Shown here: piece by piece, positions 23,352 to 23,382 of the stretch
Layout: every line of letters begins with the position of its first letter
Numbering within the stretch: position 1 is the first letter of the stretch
DNA from: a virus
Lineage: Duplodnaviria; Heunggongvirae; Uroviricota; Caudoviricetes
Length of the DNA: 23,382 bases
Reading direction: 5' to 3' (one strand)
Virus record (IMG/VR): IMGVR_UViG_3300025853_000035
Location: 128,001 to 151,382 of that record
Position numbers and translations under genes: made by a program
The notes under the pieces: generated by a model
What the model saw: the letters and a program-made list of their open reading frames with translations, nothing else
The model's database searches: none
What the model was told of the DNA's origin: nothing

Positions 23352-23382
<31 letters not shown>

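Overview
A fragment of a GC-rich, siphovirus-like phage of Alphaproteobacteria; gene order and protein sizes resemble phiCbK-like phages. All credible genes are on the minus strand. Positions 1-9511 form the morphogenesis module: portal, scaffold, major and minor capsid, an inserted HNH gene, head-tail joining genes, tail terminator, and a major tail tube gene that runs off the window edge and is missing from the ORF track. Positions ~9529-10018 look like a ~490-nt structured non-coding RNA with its own promoter and terminator. PhoH lies at 10153-10962. Positions ~11600-23382 are an array of 21 expression cassettes carrying 30 small ORFs. The typical cassette has TTAAC boxes, a conserved promoter GTGCTTGACCGAATC with one or two CcrM-type GANTC sites, the RBS GGAGACAGAC, 1-3 ORFs and an intrinsic terminator. 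Cargo includes a homolog of the CtrA inhibitor SciP (DUF1153), an ArdA-like acidic protein and several unannotated micropeptides. The inferred system has two parts. First, a phage early program wired into the host CcrM/GcrA/CtrA/SciP/ClpXP cell-cycle circuit. Second, a candidate phage RNA with segments antisense to the RBS shared by the cassettes, which could shut them off together. Family assignments come from motif recognition by eye; no searches were run.
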